A stretch of DNA of 64,000 nt from Deltaproteobacteria bacterium (GTDB taxonomy: Bacteria > Desulfobacterota > Desulfomonilia > UBA1062), in the NCBI GenBank assembly GCA_018433775.1, contig JAHDQN010000034.1:20479-84478 (forward strand). The letters run 5' to 3'. Below the pieces are notes generated by a model that was given only the letters and a program-made list of their open reading frames with translations, was not told the origin of the DNA and made no database searches. Positions 18,889-29,531 of this stretch are shown here, one piece after another. Numbering within the stretch: the stretch's first letter is position 1; every line of letters begins with the position of its first letter. The position numbers were made by a program, and so were the translations under genes.

Positions 18889-20112
18889 ATGGAACCGGGC
18901 AGCGTTTTTCTCGTATTGTGCGCACTGATCATTGTCGGGGTGGCGGGAGGATGGCTGGCGGTCCATCTCAACCTGCCCGCCATACTCGGCGAGCTCGCGG
19001 CAGGAGCTCTCCTTGCATTGATGGTCAGTCACGGAATACCCTTCTGGCAGGAGTATGAGGAAATTCTCGAAGTGCTGGGGCAAGTGGGCTTGAGCGCCCT
19101 GCTCTTTTCCGTGGGCCTGGAGATCCGGATGCGGGATATCGTCAGTGTAGGGCCCGCATCTGCAGGGGTGGCACTTCTGGGGACCATCGCGCCTTTTCTC
19201 CTTGGATACGGGGTATCGATGCTCTTTGGCCTGACACCGCTCGTAGCCCTCTTCATCGGGGCATCCCTGACCGCCACGAGCGTTGGCATAACCGCCGAGG
19301 TGCTCAACGAGCTGGAGATCATCGGATCGAAGGGGAGCAAGATCATCCTCAATGCCGCTGTTCTCGATGACGTGATCGGGCTCTTCATTCTCACGGTCAT
19401 CTCGAGCATCGCGTTCGGTGAGGAGATCTCGATAAGCAACATCGCCATGCTCACGACAATGGTGATCGCATTCTTTCTCGCTGTCCTCATTGTCGTGCGC
19501 CCCGTCATTTCCCGCATCATGTCGTTTGTCGAGCGGACATACGGCGACAACGGCACCGCCATGATGAGCTTTGCCTATCTCATGTTCCTCTCTTTTGGAG
19601 CTGCGGCCATCGGGCTCGATGTCATCGTCGGTGCATTCATTGCCGGATTGTCCCTCTCCGAGTCGAGGGTCAGAAGCCATATCTCGGCCTCGTTCAGGCC
19701 CTTTATCAGTGTGTTCGCGTCCCTGTTTTTCGTGCTCATCGGCACGAGGATGGACCTTTCGCTTCTGAACCCGTTTGTCCCGGAGAATATTCCGATCCTC
19801 GTCCTGAGCATGGCCCTGCTCGTGGTCGCGGTCGCGGGCAAGCTCATGAGCGGCCTTGCCATTTTCCGGGACACGGAAAACCGGCTGATCGTGGGCGCGG
19901 GGATGATACCGCGGGGCGAGGTGGGACTCATCTGCGGCAATATCGGCCTGATGTGCGGGGCCCTGCCCGGAGACATCTTTTCCTCCCTGCTCCTGGTGGT
20001 CATGTTCACCACCTTTATCGGGCCCGTGTTCCTCAGATTCATCGTGCCGAGAAGACTCAGTTATTATCCGAGAATACCCACCGACTCGAACATCGAGGAC
20101 GAGGAAGAGTAA
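18889..20112 (+). CDS. Cation:proton antiporter (CPA1/CPA2, Na+/H+ exchanger family)
   Basis: About 12 predicted TM helices. LPAILGELAAGALL, GLEIRMRDI, LNAAVLDDVIGLFIL and GMIPRGEVGLI motifs. Start at ATG 18889. Confidence 0.85.
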   Translation: MEPGSVFLVLCALIIVGVAGGWLAVHLNLPAILGELAAGALLALMVSHGIPFWQEYEEILEVLGQVGLSALLFSVGLEIRMRDIVSVGPASAGVALLGTIAPFLLGYGVSMLFGLTPLVALFIGASLTATSVGITAEVLNELEIIGSKGSKIILNAAVLDDVIGLFILTVISSIAFGEEISISNIAMLTTMVIAFFLAVLIVVRPVISRIMSFVERTYGDNGTAMMSFAYLMFLSFGAAAIGLDVIVGAFIAGLSLSESRVRSHISASFRPFISVFASLFFVLIGTRMDLSLLNPFVPENIPILVLSMALLVVAVAGKLMSGLAIFRDTENRLIVGAGMIPRGEVGLICGNIGLMCGALPGDIFSSLLLVVMFTTFIGPVFLRFIVPRRLSYYPRIPTDSNIEDEEE

Positions 20113-20431
20113 GAGCCTATCCATATACTCACACGCGGCATGGCCCGTCATGAGTGACACGGCGAACCTTGTGCTGTTTTATTGCTGCGGGTTTCTTTAG
20201 AATGTCTTCCTCGCCGTCTGTATCAACAAAAAACCTTTTTTCTGCGGTAAGATTTGCATGCCGGGACAAGCTGTGATATAAAGGTGAATTACCAATTATT
20301 TTTCCCTGCGACGTTCAGCCGGGGCACGTCTTCAGGCTGATCTCATTTTGGTGATCGGAAGATTGAAAAGATGGGGCCATTGTCAGGATGGCCATTGCCA
20401 TAAAACAGAACGATAAAGAGAGGTATTTTCA

Positions 20432-21568
20432 ATGACTTGGGAGATAGAGCTGAAAGAAAGCATTCGAACGATACAGCAGGCGTCGTCGGCGATCAACATT
20501 CCGTCCAGAGAAAAAAAACGGCTTGAGCACGTTGTTGAGCGGCATCCCATGTGTGTACCCCCCTATTATCTCTCTCTCATCGACCCCAATGACCCGAACG
20601 ACCCGGTGAGGGCGATGGCGGTGCCCAGTGTGGACGAGCTCAATCTCATGGGATCCTACGATACCAGCGGCGAGAAGAACAACACCAAGATGCCCGGCCT
20701 TCAGCACAAGTATCCGCAGACCGCGCTCATTCTCTCTACCAACCGGTGCGCCATGTACTGCAGGCACTGCTTCAGAAAACGGCTGGTCGGCCTGCCCAAC
20801 CACGAGCTTCTCCAGCGGTTCGACGATGCAGCAGCCTATGTGAGAAAGCACCGGGAGATCAACAATGTCCTCATTACGGGAGGCGACCCATTTGTCCTGG
20901 ACACCTCCATCATCGCCCGCTTCCTCGAGATGCTCTCGGACATCGGACATCTCTCGTTCATCAGGTTCGGCACGCGGATACCCGTTTCCCTTCCCCAGCG
21001 AATCACGCACGATCCGGATCTTATCAGGCTCCTGAAAAAGCACTCCCGCCCGCAGAGGAGGATCTATGTGGTGACCCAGTTCAATCATCCCCGGGAGATC
21101 ACCGAAGAGGCCATAGCCGCGGTGAACTGCCTCATCCGGGCCGGCATCATGGTGAACAACCAGACCGTACTCCTCAACGGGGTGAACGACGACCCGGCAA
21201 CCCTGGCCACCCTGCAGAACGATCTGTCGGGTATCGGCGTTAACCCGTACTACGTGTTCCAGTGCAGGCCGGTCAAACGGGTCCAGCACCATTTCCAGGT
21301 TCCGCTCCACCGGGGGTATGACATTGTCGAGACGGCAAAGGAAATGCTCAACGGCCACAGCAAGCGGTTCCGCTTCGTCATGTCCCACAAGAGGGGCAAG
21401 ATCGAGATCGTGGGCAGAAAGCGCGACGAGATCTTCTTCAAGTTCCACCAGGCCAGAAACCCCGCCAACGCGGGCAAGTTCTTCAGCAGACACATCAACC
21501 ACCAGCAGGGATGGCTCATCGACACCGAAGATATCGTTCCCGACCGGATATACGGTGCCGCAGGCTGA
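20432..21568 (+). CDS. KamA-family radical SAM aminomutase (lysine 2,3-aminomutase-like)
   Basis: PYYLSLIDPNDPNDPV, LQHKYPQTALILSTNRCAMYCRHCFRKR (CX3CX2C), VLITGGDPFVL. 378 aa. RBS AGAGAGG. Confidence 0.85.
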   Translation: MTWEIELKESIRTIQQASSAINIPSREKKRLEHVVERHPMCVPPYYLSLIDPNDPNDPVRAMAVPSVDELNLMGSYDTSGEKNNTKMPGLQHKYPQTALILSTNRCAMYCRHCFRKRLVGLPNHELLQRFDDAAAYVRKHREINNVLITGGDPFVLDTSIIARFLEMLSDIGHLSFIRFGTRIPVSLPQRITHDPDLIRLLKKHSRPQRRIYVVTQFNHPREITEEAIAAVNCLIRAGIMVNNQTVLLNGVNDDPATLATLQNDLSGIGVNPYYVFQCRPVKRVQHHFQVPLHRGYDIVETAKEMLNGHSKRFRFVMSHKRGKIEIVGRKRDEIFFKFHQARNPANAGKFFSRHINHQQGWLIDTEDIVPDRIYGAAG

Positions 21569-21718
21569 GTTTTCCGCCTGTTCCCACGGACGGCCGGGTC
21601 CCTTCTCGGCCGGCGCTGCGCTACCCGGGCGCTGTCTCGGGTGAGGACCATGATCCGCCCCGCTGCGTCTCCTTTCCAGCTCCCGGGAATATAATTCGAT
21701 TTTCTTATCCGGTCCACA

Positions 21719-21747
21719 TTGACTTTGATTCCCTGCCAGTTATTATT
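21719..21747 (+). promoter_or_regulatory. Putative sigma70-type promoter giving a leaderless transcript for the 68-aa Cys-rich ORF
   Basis: TTGACT-N17-ATTATT with the -10 ending 7 nt before ATG 21755. No Shine-Dalgarno sequence in between. Confidence 0.3.
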
Positions 21748-21754
21748 CAACAGC

Positions 21755-21961
21755 ATGACAGTGGACAGATCATTATGTGCAATCTGCGCCTGGCGGGGTG
21801 ACTGCAAGAAGAAATTCATGCAGGGAGAAGGGTTGTACTGTCCGGATTACAGCAGAGACATCTCCATCCGAGCACGAAAAGCGGACACGGAAGAAAAGCA
21901 GCCCAAGAGGTTGAAAGGCAAGAAAGGGAAGAAGGTTCCCAGGGGGTTCGATTTTATCTGA
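21755..21961 (+). CDS. Small Cys-rich, Lys-rich hypothetical protein (68 aa)
   Basis: MTVDRSLCAICAWRGDCKKKFMQGEGLYCPDYSRD, then the basic tail KQPKRLKGKKGKKVPRG. Four Cys (CxxC-x5-C-x11-C). No family recognised. Confidence 0.4.
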   Translation: MTVDRSLCAICAWRGDCKKKFMQGEGLYCPDYSRDISIRARKADTEEKQPKRLKGKKGKKVPRGFDFI

Positions 21962-22390
21962 CTCCCCGTCCTGCCGGTCTTCTTCGAGGTGAGCGATCAT
22001 CCGGGACCTGAGCATCGAGAAAACATCTCAAAGGAAAACCAGCCTCACGCCATGCTTCCGAGATGCACCAACTGCAGCGCAGACCATTGCTGCCGAATGC
22101 CTGCGAGAAAGACAGGCAGGGAATTCTCCGGGGTCCGGCCACGCGCTCTTTCGAATATCCCTGTCTCACCGGCCCCGTCCTCCATCAGACGGCTCAATTT
22201 TTCTCCCACCTTTCAACCCGAAATCCACGGGCCCCTGCCCGCACCGCCTGCCTGCCTTGCGAGAAGAAACGCACTGCGAGAATTTTTTCCGCGTGCCGGT
22301 CAGCGCCGATGTAATTGATATCTTTCTCATTTATCTTCTCGAAACACGTGATGCCCTCCGGTCGGTTCTCAGTTTTTTCTCACCCTGCCC

Positions 22391-22418
22391 TTGACACGGT
22401 TATTACAGCCCTTAATTT
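22391..22418 (+). promoter_or_regulatory. Putative sigma70-type promoter of the N-ATPase operon
   Basis: TTGACA (22391-22396), N16, TAATTT (22413-22418), about 85 nt upstream of the atpD ATG. Confidence 0.35.
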
Positions 22419-22491
22419 AACATCCCATGTTTCGTATGTGATTTTTTGCCGTGCAGTGTCATGAGTGATTTTTTCTCACACCTGTTTTTGA

Positions 22492-24257
<1,766 letters not shown>

Positions 24258-24265
<8 letters not shown>

Positions 24266-24578
24266 GACCCCCCCCTCTTCTCAGGAACGCAGGCAGGTGA
24301 TCAAGCGCAGGTTCACCCGTCAGGTGGTCAGGAAGGAGGCCAGGCGCATCAAGGGAATCAACGACCCGGACCAGACGGTATGGTTCGGGCTGGGCATGTT
24401 CGGTGTGGTGGGGTGGTCGGTGGCCATTCCCACCCTCATCGGCACCGCGCTGGGGATATGGATCGACCACACCTGGCCGAGCCAGTTCTCGTGGACGCTC
24501 ATGCTGCTGATCGGCGGGGTCATGGTGGGCTGCCTGAACGCCTGGTACTGGGTCCGGAAAGGGGGGATATGGAAATGA
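24258..24578 (+). CDS. atpQ: N-ATPase accessory membrane protein AtpQ (AtpI/AtpZ-like)
   Basis: 106 aa. Basic N-terminus, then two TM helices (VWFGLGMFGVVGWSVAIPTLIG; WTLMLLIGGVMVGCLNAWYWV). Sits in the third position of the operon. Confidence 0.7.
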
Positions 24579-24620
24579 CTGCGGCATACGGCCGACAGCC
24601 CGACTGCAGGGAGATCGCTC

Positions 24621-24959
24621 ATGCCCGTGAACATTGACTCGTCGCTTCCGGTCCTCGTCTTCGCGCTCGTATCCGGCATGGGTCTGGGGCTGGTCTATTT
24701 TCTCATCCTGTGGTTCACGGTCCAGCGGCTCTGCTCGTCGCCCACGCCCGGCAGGCTCATGATCTTCAGCTATGCGGCAAGGCTCTCCCTGGTGCTGACG
24801 GGCTTCTACTTCATCATGGACCACCGGTGGGAGCGGATTGCAGCGGCTCTGGCGGGTTTCATCGTCATGCGGGCCATACTCACACGTCTGCTGGGCAGGC
24901 AGGGAACCATAGCGGGAGCGGCGTATGGAAATACTCCGGCTGAACCAGATAAGCCCTGA
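24621..24959 (+). CDS. atpR: N-ATPase accessory membrane protein AtpR
   Basis: 112 aa, three hydrophobic helices, GMGLGLVYFLILWFTVQRL motif with membrane-embedded Arg. Sits in the fourth position of the operon. Confidence 0.7.
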   Translation: MPVNIDSSLPVLVFALVSGMGLGLVYFLILWFTVQRLCSSPTPGRLMIFSYAARLSLVLTGFYFIMDHRWERIAAALAGFIVMRAILTRLLGRQGTIAGAAYGNTPAEPDKP

Positions 24960-25641
24960 CCAGGTCATCCTGTGGCAGTGGGGCTTTGTCAAGATCACGG
25001 CCACGCTCATGTACACCTGGCTCGTGATGGCGATCCTGGTGCTGGGGGCCTGGCTCGTGACGCGCCGCCTCTCCACCGGCCCAAGGCGATCCCTGTGGCA
25101 GGGCGTTCTGGAGGTCGTGGTCCTCTCCATCAGGGATCAGATCTGCGAGATCTGCCATGAAGACCCCGGGCCCTACACCGCCTTCGTGGGCTCGCTCTTT
25201 CTCTTCATCGGCATGTCGAACTTCCTCATCATCCTCCCCGGCTACGTGGCCCCGACCTCGTCGCTGGCCACCACGTCGGCGCTTGCCATCTGCGTGTTCC
25301 TGGCCGTGCCCATCTACGGGATATCACGGCAGGGCCTCGGACACTACGTGAAGGAATACTTCCAGCCCACGTTCATCTTTTTTCCGTTTCACGTCATGGG
25401 CGAGTTCACCCGGACGCTCGCCCTGGCCATACGACTCTTCGGCAACATCATGAGCCACGACAAGATCATCGGCATCCTGCTGGCAGTCACCCCGCTGTTC
25501 TTCCCCATTGTCATGCATGCGCTGGGCCTGCTCATCGGAATGGTCCAGGCCTACATCTTCTCGATACTCGCCATGGTGTACATCGCTTCTGCCGTGCAGG
25601 CCCACGAGGAAGGCGAACCAGCAAATAAGGGTTCCAGATAA
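24925..25641 (+). CDS. atpB: N-type Fo a subunit
   Basis: Multi-TM protein with LAIRLFGNIMSHDKI (the essential stator Arg) and the C-terminal helices QAYIFSILAMVYI. Confidence 0.9.
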   Translation: MEILRLNQISPDQVILWQWGFVKITATLMYTWLVMAILVLGAWLVTRRLSTGPRRSLWQGVLEVVVLSIRDQICEICHEDPGPYTAFVGSLFLFIGMSNFLIILPGYVAPTSSLATTSALAICVFLAVPIYGISRQGLGHYVKEYFQPTFIFFPFHVMGEFTRTLALAIRLFGNIMSHDKIIGILLAVTPLFFPIVMHALGLLIGMVQAYIFSILAMVYIASAVQAHEEGEPANKGSR

Positions 25642-25659
25642 GAAAAGGGGGAATATGTT

Positions 25660-25926
25660 ATGGACAATGCTACTCTCGTTGCAGTCGCGTCGGTGATCAC
25701 CGCGGGCATCACCATGGCCATCGGCTCCATCGGACCGGCTCTGGGGGAAGGAAGGGCCACACAGCAGGCCTTGAGCGCCATCGCCCAGCAGCCCGACGAA
25801 CGGAGCTCCATCACCCGGACCCTGTTCGTGGCCCTGGCCATGATCGAGTCGATCGCGATCTACTGTTTCGTGATCTCCATGATCCTGATCTTCGCCAATC
25901 CGTTCTGGGATCACTTTGTCTCATAA
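25660..25926 (+). CDS. atpE: N-type Fo c subunit (rotor ring)
   Basis: 88-aa hairpin. Helix 1 is IGPALGEGRA, loop is QQPDERS, helix 2 is ALAMIESIAIYCFVI with the ion-binding Glu. Confidence 0.9.
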   Translation: MDNATLVAVASVITAGITMAIGSIGPALGEGRATQQALSAIAQQPDERSSITRTLFVALAMIESIAIYCFVISMILIFANPFWDHFVS

Positions 25927-25938
25927 GGACAGCAACCG

Positions 25939-26730
25939 ATGCATATCGATCCGTTTATACTCGTAGCGCAGATCATCAATTTTCTTGTCCTGGTGTACCT
26001 CCTCAAGCGCTTCCTGTACGACAGGATCGTCGAAGCCATGAACATCCGGGAAAACGGGATCGCCGAACGTATGAGCGAGATCGAGCGCCTGAAGGACGAG
26101 GCCCTGGCATCGGTGGCGACCTGCGAGGCCCGGAGGCACGACATCGAGGAGCGCGCGGACGAGATGCTCAACCAGGCACGGCTTGCCGCGGAGAAGGAAA
26201 AGGCCCGGCTCATGGAGCAGGTGCGCGAGGAGGTCGCCCGCACCCAGCACCGCTGGCTTGAGACCCTTGACCGGGAAAAGGCCGCCTTTCTCGAAGATCT
26301 GAGAAAGCGCGCCGGTACGTATGTCTTCGAGACCATCCGGCAGGTGCTCGCGGACCTGGCCGACGAAGAGCTCGAGAACAGGATCGTGCAGAGCTTCGCC
26401 CGGCGCCTGTCGAGCCTCGAGCCTCAGGAGAAGGCGCTCCTGAAGAAGGCGCTGGACATGCCCGAGCCCGTGGTCAGGGTGAAATCGGCCTTCGAGCTTG
26501 ACCCGGGGCTGAAGCAGCCCATCGAGGAGACCCTGCGGCCCTTGCTGGGCGACGAGGGCGAGATCGTCTACGAACTCAACGGGCACGCCGGGGCCGGGAT
26601 CGAGCTGATGGCGCACGGCTACAAGCTCTCGTGGAGCATTGACGACTATCTTGAGAGCCTCGAGGAAAAGTTTTTGCAGGTACTCAAGGAGGAGATCGGC
26701 ACATCCGGGGTCGAAGAGTCGAAGACCTGA
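25939..26730 (+). CDS. atpF: N-type Fo b subunit, extended (possible b-delta fusion)
   Basis: N-terminal TM helix ILVAQIINFLVLVYLL, a long charged coiled coil, then an extra C-terminal globular part ending GAGIELMAHGYKLSWSIDDYLESL. 263 aa. No atpH gene in the operon. Confidence 0.85.
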   Translation: MHIDPFILVAQIINFLVLVYLLKRFLYDRIVEAMNIRENGIAERMSEIERLKDEALASVATCEARRHDIEERADEMLNQARLAAEKEKARLMEQVREEVARTQHRWLETLDREKAAFLEDLRKRAGTYVFETIRQVLADLADEELENRIVQSFARRLSSLEPQEKALLKKALDMPEPVVRVKSAFELDPGLKQPIEETLRPLLGDEGEIVYELNGHAGAGIELMAHGYKLSWSIDDYLESLEEKFLQVLKEEIGTSGVEESKT

Positions 26731-26788
26731 GAAGAGAGCAGACACCGGACGCCCGTAATTTCTTGTACAGGAAAAGGGGGACATACTC

Positions 26789-28342
26789 ATGGAGAACAAG
26801 CGCGATGAGGTGACACTGGACACCTGCCTTGAAGACACGTTCCGAAAGCTCGATCGCGTCCGCGCGGAGCACACGGCCGAGCTGAAGCCCCAGGAGGTGG
26901 GGATCGTGGACTATGTCGGACGGGGCATCGCCCGGGTGAGCGGCATGGACAGTGTCCGGTCCGAGGAGCTCGTGCGCTTCCCCGGCGACCTCTACGGGCT
27001 CGTATTCAACATCGACCCCGACGAGGTGGGCATCATCATGCTGGATCCTTCGGAAAACATCAGGGCCGGCACCGAGGTGGTCAGGACCGGGAAGGTCCTG
27101 GACGTGCCGGTCGGCGACGCGCTCCTCTCCCGGGTGGTTGACGCGCTGGGGCGTCCCCTGGACAAACGGGGCGACGTTCACACCACCGAGCGCCTGCCCG
27201 TGGAGCGCGAAGCGCCCCCCATCATGCACCGCGACCCGGTGACGGTGCCGCTGCAGACCGGTATCAAGGCCATCGACGCGCTCATTCCCATCGGCAGGGG
27301 CCAGCGCGAGCTGATCCTGGGCGACCGCCTCACCGGCAAGACCACCATCGCTCTGGACACCATCATCAACCAGCACGACAAGGACGTGATCTGCATCTAC
27401 TGCGCCATCGGCAAGCAGAGCTCGGACGTGGCCAAGACCATCGCCATCCTCCAGGAGCACCAGGCCATGGACTACACCATCATGGTGGTGGCCGCGGGCG
27501 AAGAGCCCCCGGGGCTGCAGTTCCTCGCGCCCTATGCCGCCACGTCCATGGGCGAGCACTTCATGGCCGGAGGCCGGGACGTGCTCATCATCTACGACGA
27601 CCTCACCCGGCACGCCCGGGCATACCGCGAGCTATCGCTCCTGCTGCGCAGGCCCCCGGGCCGGGAGGCCTATCCGGGTGACATCTTCTACATCCATTCG
27701 CGCCTCCTGGAACGATCGACCCACATCAGGCAGGAGTACGGCGGGGGGTCGCTCACGGCCCTGCCCATCATCGAGACCGAGGCCCAGGACATCTCGTCGT
27801 ACATCCCCACAAACCTCATCTCCATCACCGACGGCCAGATCTACCTCTCCCCCTCCCTGTTCCAGAAAGGCATCCTGCCCGCCATCGACGTGGGCAAATC
27901 CGTGTCGCGCGTGGGAGGCAAGGCCCAGCTTCCCGCGTACCGCGCCGTGGCCGGGGACCTGCGCATCGCGTATGCCCAGTTCGAGGAGCTCGAGAGCTTC
28001 TCGCGCTTCGGCACCCGGCTCGACGACAACACCCGCAAGCGCCTGGAGCGGGGCTGGCGGGTGCGGGAGATCCTCAAGCAGCCCCAGTTCAGGCCCATCA
28101 GCGTGACGAACCAGATCGCGGCCCTGCTGGCCGTGACCGGGGGTGCGTTCGACGGCATACCGGTGGCCGAGGTGTTCGGGGCCGAGCAGAAGATACAGCA
28201 GCACATCGCCTCCGCGGCCCCCAGGCTCTGCTCCATGATCCAGTCGGGCGAGCGGCTGAGCGTCGACGACTACTCCAGTCTCCTGGAGGCCACCCGGAAG
28301 GTGGTCAACGTGACGGCGGCACAGTCTCATGCAGACCACTGA
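26789..28342 (+). CDS. atpA: N-type F1 ATPase alpha subunit
   Basis: Walker [59 protein letters not shown]. Confidence 0.95.
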   Translation: MENKRDEVTLDTCLEDTFRKLDRVRAEHTAELKPQEVGIVDYVGRGIARVSGMDSVRSEELVRFPGDLYGLVFNIDPDEVGIIMLDPSENIRAGTEVVRTGKVLDVPVGDALLSRVVDALGRPLDKRGDVHTTERLPVEREAPPIMHRDPVTVPLQTGIKAIDALIPIGRGQRELILGDRLTGKTTIALDTIINQHDKDVICIYCAIGKQSSDVAKTIAILQEHQAMDYTIMVVAAGEEPPGLQFLAPYAATSMGEHFMAGGRDVLIIYDDLTRHARAYRELSLLLRRPPGREAYPGDIFYIHSRLLERSTHIRQEYGGGSLTALPIIETEAQDISSYIPTNLISITDGQIYLSPSLFQKGILPAIDVGKSVSRVGGKAQLPAYRAVAGDLRIAYAQFEELESFSRFGTRLDDNTRKRLERGWRVREILKQPQFRPISVTNQIAALLAVTGGAFDGIPVAEVFGAEQKIQQHIASAAPRLCSMIQSGERLSVDDYSSLLEATRKVVNVTAAQSHADH

Positions 28343-29252
28343 TTCCCTGAAACGAAAAATCAAGAGCACCCAGGACCTGCTCTCGGTCGTGAAGACCATG
28401 AAGGCCCTGGCCGCGGTGAGCATCAGGCAGTACCAGCGGGCGGTCGAATCGCTCATGGACTACAACCGCACCGTCGAGATGGGGCTCCAGGTAGTCCTCA
28501 AGTCCCGGGAGGAGTCCGAGATCCAGCTCGGCATCACGCCCATGAACCAGGTGGGCGCCATCGTATTCGGGTCGGACCAGGGGCTGTGCGGCCAGTTCAA
28601 CACCCAGGTCGTGGCCCATGCCGTCTCGGAGCTGGACAGCCTGGGCATCCCGGCTTCGAGCCGGATTATGCTCGCCATCGGAGAGCGGGTGAAAGACCAT
28701 CTGGAACGCGCGGACCACGCCATCTACGACACGCTCTTCACCCCGAGCTCGACGGTGGGCATCACCCCCATGGTCCAGGAAATCATGATGATCCTGGAGG
28801 AATGGCACTTCACCCGTCAGATCCAGCACATCTACCTGTTCTACAACCACTATATCTCCGGGGCCACCTTCGCCCCCAGGACCATGCGGCTCCTGCCCAT
28901 CGACCGCACCTGGCTCACCGACATCCGGTCGCGCCCCTGGGAATCGGGCACCCTGCCCATGTATACCATGGACTTCGATCCCCTCTTCCTCTCGCTCCTT
29001 CGGGAATACTTTTTCGTGTCCCTGTTCCAGGCCTTCACCGAGTCCCTGGCCAGCGAAAACGCGAGCAGGCTCGCGGCCATGCAGAACGCGGAGAAGAACA
29101 TAGAGGACCACCTCGAGGAGATCTTCGCCGCCTTCCACCGCCAGCGCCAGATGACCATCACCGAGGAGCTCCTGGACATTGTCTCGGGCTACGAGGCCCT
29201 GGAGGCGGATACGCGGGTCATGAAAAAGGCGCCGCGGGGGGGCAGGCGATAA
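28329..29252 (+). CDS. atpG: N-type F1 ATPase gamma subunit
   Basis: 307 aa. N-terminal [29 protein letters not shown] and C-terminal [38 protein letters not shown] helices. Overlaps atpA by 14 nt. Confidence 0.92.
   Translation: MQTTDSLKRKIKSTQDLLSVVKTMKALAAVSIRQYQRAVESLMDYNRTVEMGLQVVLKSREESEIQLGITPMNQVGAIVFGSDQGLCGQFNTQVVAHAVSELDSLGIPASSRIMLAIGERVKDHLERADHAIYDTLFTPSSTVGITPMVQEIMMILEEWHFTRQIQHIYLFYNHYISGATFAPRTMRLLPIDRTWLTDIRSRPWESGTLPMYTMDFDPLFLSLLREYFFVSLFQAFTESLASENASRLAAMQNAEKNIEDHLEEIFAAFHRQRQMTITEELLDIVSGYEALEADTRVMKKAPRGGRR
29041..29252 (+). repeat. Direct repeat copy A (atpG 3' end)
   Basis: Matches 58332-58543 at a constant offset of 29,291 nt with no indels. I count about 10 mismatches by eye, mostly at the two ends. 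Confidence 0.9.
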
Positions 29253-29531
29253 GCAGCGATTCAAGGTATGAATCTCTAAGGTAATCTTTAGAAAATATAT
29301 CTTATATATCACCTTATGCTGCAGGCTGAACCAGGTAGAGTTGTTGCGAGGCATTACAGACAGCCGCGCTCTTGAAATGCGCAAGATGAGTTACACAGAT
29401 ATCGTGAGGATTTCTTCTCTCGCAGGACCAACCCCCTTAAATTTGCTGCGAATGTCCTATTCCAGTTACGGGTATTTATCGTTATAGATCTACGGGAACT
29501 CAGGCTATAACATACCGGCTCCACGGTCGCC

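Noticed and set aside
18823-20160. Very long antisense or alternative-frame ORFs. Examples: 18823-20160 (445 aa), 56692-58278 (528 aa), 20429-21502 (357 aa), 61057-62427 (456 aa), 47261-48355 (364 aa), 41794-43122 (442 aa).
   Set aside because: They lie opposite or out of frame to genes with clear family signatures. Their translations are Arg/Gly/Pro/His-rich and low in complexity. Such shadow ORFs are expected in GC-rich DNA.
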